A DNA stretch of 64,000 nt from Fistulifera solaris. Taxonomy: Eukaryota. A program made the translations under genes and the position numbers. Shown here piece by piece: positions 59,687-64,000 of the stretch. The notes below the pieces were generated by a model that did not search any database, was not told where the DNA came from, and worked only from the letters and a program-made list of their open reading frames with translations. Location of the stretch: the NCBI GenBank assembly GCA_030295235.1, contig AP026124.1:2232001-2296000 (forward strand). The letters run 5' to 3'. How positions within the stretch are numbered: the first letter of the stretch is position 1; every line of letters begins with the position of its first letter.

Positions 59687-61900
59687 ATGTCGAATCCAGT
59701 TGATGATTCTTTATTCGAGTTGATTCATTCCGGAATCGCAAGTCGAGCCTGATCAAATCACCAAGTATCACAGCAATGGCGAAGTATGGTCGGCTTTAAA
59801 ATTTTGTAGAACTAAGGAAAGCGGCGTTGAGCAATTCCGGCGAAAGCAAGCGCGAGATCTCAAGTTTTACAAGAGAATGGAACACGTATTTTGATGGTTG
59901 ATTTCTATATCGAATGGTATCTAGCTACATTTGGCTTTAAACATGATGTGATACTCGCCCAGGATGGACTGTGCTGTTTGATGTTGATGAAGGAATGGAA
60001 TTTTGCAATCATCGGGAAGTCTGATTATGCTATTGCGGAGACGGCTACGTTTCTTTGGAGCTTAAAGAGACGGTGGTCGGATTAGAATTAATTGGTCCGA
60101 AGAGTCATTTTGATTCCAGCGTCCTTTCACTCGACCAGCTGACCGTTCTGTTTCAAGCCCACCCGACAATGTCGATCAAGCTGCATATACGCAACATCAG
60201 CCCAGATCAGTCCCGTTTTCTAGCAGCGTACCCAGATCGCCTCGATTTGACTTTGAATTTGTCGAGTGAGCCGTTTGCCCATGGCGGTGATACGTTTGTG
60301 GACGTGTTGCTAGAAAGAGAGTCTTGGTTCGGTAACTTGACGTTGTTCAGCAGGGACTATTCAAACAATGAGATTTTTTTGATCTCCTCCTCCTCCAAGT
60401 GGAAATGCTCGACTCACTAGTAGTTCCGTACGTGCACTCGCCAGAGCTAGTACACCAGGTTTTTTCTGCATTGGTGAACGAAATCGACGTGACGATCGAA
60501 GTTCCCAGAGTTTTGGGAATCAACACTCGACTGGGCGACAATAGACATAACTCCCAGGACATTGTCGTTAACTTCCAATTATTTCATGAATCGGAGGATC
60601 AGACTGAGTTTGTTTGCTCCTTTTTCCGTCGACTGGCGGAGCTGGGGAATTTTCGGAAGTTTGACTTCAGTCTCTGCCACATGGAGGGTAGCCGACGCGC
60701 TAGTTGATGCTATAGTTGTAAACCAAGGATTGGAAGAGCTGGCTCTGCATCATTCGTGGGAAGCGACACCGTATTTTGACTCCCTTTTAAAGCTGCCGAA
60801 CGTCGGATTCTTTGGGAACTTGAAATTCTCGAATGAAAGAAAATTGTCCAGAGCCGTCCTGCGTCTTTTTGACTGGGTAAATTTTGATGATAGTCACTTA
60901 GAGCCACTTGCTTTCTTCTTCGACGCTTTGCCTACAAAAACATTTCACTTTCAAGATACCTATCTAGACGGCGTCCTCACTACCATCATCGCTACACGGC
61001 CCTATCCCGTTGCTTTATTCTTGATTACCTCATCATTTGACACGGATGCGTTTTTGAACATCTCCAGGACCGCAAAACATTATTCGGATCCCTATCGCTA
61101 GGAGGTTTTGAGATGGAAGGGTTTCAATTGCGACGGCTCTTCAAACACATGAACGTATTTGAGCATCTCTCAGCGGACTATCTACCAAATAAATTCATTC
61201 TCAAGCTACTCTCCGCGCCCCTAAACAGCACTGGTTTCATGGTATGCCCGCAAAACAGTGAATTAGATTTCTCAAAAGCTGAAATAGTCGTGAACGACCT
61301 TCAAATCAAATTACGAGTGGACGGGTGTCCGACCAAGTTCGTGCTATCGCTTCTTTACCGAGTGGCCGAGACAGGGCACTTGGAAAGCCTCAAGATCGCT
61401 CAGTATGGTTGCAGTCCTCCTCCGGCAGTGGTCGGAAGAGCATTCCATCATGCTATCACATCCAACAAGTAGCTAACAAATTTCGAACTAGACGGGATCA
61501 TGCACAAGTGGGATACGATCATCCAGTATCTTTTCGCTGCCATGGAGAAACACGAGGGACTACGAACATTTCGCATCACGCCTTACTCCAAAGGGCTCGA
61601 CCCCCAGTTCTTATGGCTCAAGCAGTTGCTCCGGCGGAATCGAAGTCTTGAAGTATATAATACACCCATGTGGACATTGGAAGTGGATCGGGAAGTACCC
61701 GAAATCCAGGCATTGAACCGTGTTTACCGGGAACAAAAAGGCATAAAATAGGCCGATCATTGCACATAGGTGCTGATGCTAACGTATAGCGCCACTTACG
61801 AATGCCGGCGTGATGGAAGCGGGCTCTGAGGAGGACAGACAGATCTCATCGCCTTCCGGAAGCAATAAAGAGTTCAAGCGGAAGAGAAATGATGAATCTT
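59687..61900 (+). pseudogene. LRR/RNI-like family copy 2 (degenerate, possibly two fused copies)
   Basis: Starts MSNPVDDSLFELI. Two successive middle regions (AYPDRLDL; TRPYPVAL). C-terminal TFRITPYSKGLDPQFLWLKQLLRRNR. In-frame TAG at ~61470 and several frameshifts. Confidence 0.6.
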
Positions 61901-62264
61901 GAAGCCTTATATGCAGACTTGTAAAGATAAATGCATATTTCGTGTTAATTTTTTATTTTATGCGAATTACCGAATTACAGGGTGCCATTTTTTACCAGGT
62001 TCTTGTACCTCGATTAAAAAAGATCATGTACCTAGCCAAAAAAGGCGACGTAGCTGTTGGGCGCAACGAGCGGCACTGAATGATGCGTACCGGCACCCGA
62101 TACTTAGTATTTAGGTACGATGCGCGTTAGGTACACGCTCGCGCTCCTGTTTGCTTTGTTATTTTTCTGATGATGCGAGATCTCCCCACACGTCCCATTA
62201 TTTAGGAGTAAGAAAGATATCGTCGTGCATGCCCGAAACTGTGTCGTTACAAGCAAAATCCAAT

Positions 62265-63691
62265 ATGGCTTCCCCCTTGTTCGGTATTATACCGTCCTCG
62301 GAACTCCAAAAGCACCAGATTGCAACGAAGAACGGGCAGGATCTACCGACCTACCAATTTTTACGGGCGCCCTCGACGATCGACGAGCTTGCCCACTACA
62401 AGAATGGCGTAGTAATCTGGATGGAAGAGACTCTCGTTTTACTGAATTACGGTGAGATAATCGAAAGGTTCTCGTTACCGAAAGTTCAATTCACGGAATA
62501 CTATTTCGCACTCAGCTTTCTGCTCAATGATCACACAAAGGTCCATTGCCGGATCTTTGGCGATATGAAAGGATATTGAAGACAGCTTTCTTCTTTACCA
62601 GCTTGAAGGTTTCCGAGGGAAAACATTTCAAAAATATATTCATTAATTACCACCGCGGCTTGGCGTTCGATTATTGTCACATGAAGGAGTTTGAGTTGTT
62701 GTTCGATTCCATTGCGAAAACCAGAATTGTCATTCTTCTCTCCCATCTGAACGACTTTGTCACGTATTTTGTTACGACACGACCTTATCCGATTCATTTG
62801 ACCTTCATTGCCACACACATGGATGGGGAGGTGCTAGTAACGAGTATGCAGGAACGTGCGACACCGTTTGGCTCTCTGGAGTTTCACGGCATTTTGCCGT
62901 TGAAGAAGGCTTTACAAGAGATCTGCCGAAATCTTCATTGGTTCGAACATCTTCATTTCAGTGACTTTCCAGGTGATCTCGTCATGAAGTTAGTATCCTC
63001 AAATGTCCCCAGTATCGGTTTTGATATCGACCGCGATACGGAAACGTTGGATTTATCGACGGTGAACATTGTTTCCTCCAAGATTCACATCATTTCCTCG
63101 AGTCGAGAGTTTCCCACGAAATTCATGTTATCATTTTTGCACCGAGTGACGGAACTAGATCAGCTGGAATGCTTTGAATTCAACCGAACGGAGGGCCGTC
63201 CGGTTCCTGACGATGTCAAGAAAGCATTGTTGGGTGCCGTGGCAGCCAGCAAGAAACTGACAAAGCTGACGTTATCGGGCAGTGATGAGTCTCCGATGTG
63301 GGACGGTCTAGTGGAAGATCTCTTTTCCGTTTTGGAGAAACACGAGGCATTTCGCACATTTCGCATTACCCCTTATCCTACAACACTGGACCCACAGTTC
63401 GCGTGGCTCAAGCAATTGTACAAACGGAATCGATACATCGATGTCACTGACTCATCAGGAGACAAACTAGAAGCAGACGATGAGGTGGATCTACTTCTTG
63501 GATTGAATCGTTTCTTTCGTGGATCCAAGAACCTCAAAAAAGAGGCGACGATCACCCGATTGTCTTTCGTGGGAGCTGCTTTGGCGCATAGCGCTGCATG
63601 TGACTTGCCGCGTGCTGGGCAGCTGTTGATGCATCATGTCGATTTATTGTGTGAGATTTTGCATGAGAACGAGCAGATTGGTGAAGCATGA
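62265..63691 (+). CDS. LRR/RNI-like family copy 3 (most intact)
   Basis: MASPLFGIIPSSELQKHQIA..LPTYQFLRAP..TRPYPIHL..TFRITPYPTTLDPQFAWLKQLYKRNR..LNRFFRGS. One break at ~62570. Confidence 0.65.
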
Positions 63692-64000
63692 TGGAAGTAG
63701 AAAGGGGCGAAAGAATATAGCTGCAGCTCGTGTCAGGTATCGGTAGCGCTACTAGTGAGAAGCGCTGAAGCGATTGAATTGTTCGAGCGGCTAGAACCAA
63801 AGGAGCTAAATGTACTGTGGTACCAGAGACGACGACTCGTGGTGCTAAGTAGCCACTACAACTTGGCAATGTGTGGCAAGATCTCGACCACCTCGCCTGC
63901 ATCGACTGTTATACAACGTTTTTCCTTTCGCCCGGTACAATTTCGGAGTTGTGCAACGTCACCGAGGTTTGGTCTAATTGGAGAAGTGTTGATGCAATCT

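Overview
Eukaryotic, gene-dense nuclear DNA with short GT-AG introns and several proteins carrying signal-peptide + 'AF' bipartite (plastid-type) leaders. This points to a diatom, probably a raphid pennate (inference; the tandem LRR-like family at 58-64 kb reminds me of Fistulifera hypothetical proteins). About 27 protein-coding loci and one tRNA-Val(CAC) are present. Many conserved genes carry 1-bp frameshifts in homopolymers, most likely long-read assembly errors. Highlights: (1) a co-oriented RNA-surveillance-like block at 27.5-37.9 kb, made of a stand-alone RZ-finger protein with all RNF213/ZNFX1-type ligand and catalytic residues, a full ZNFX1-like helicase/E3, and an XRN nuclease with an N-terminal targeting-like leader and two dsRBD-like segments; (2) a PIF/Harbinger transposon nested inside another PIF/Harbinger, both with TIRs and TTA duplications (44.4-50.3 kb); (3) three paralogous secreted Cys-rich modular proteins that share an upstream GCACGTTTGA motif, next to a 1.1-kb non-coding array of 5-6 spaced GTGCACGTTT-headed repeats; (4) an RHL1-like (topoisomerase VI accessory) gene.
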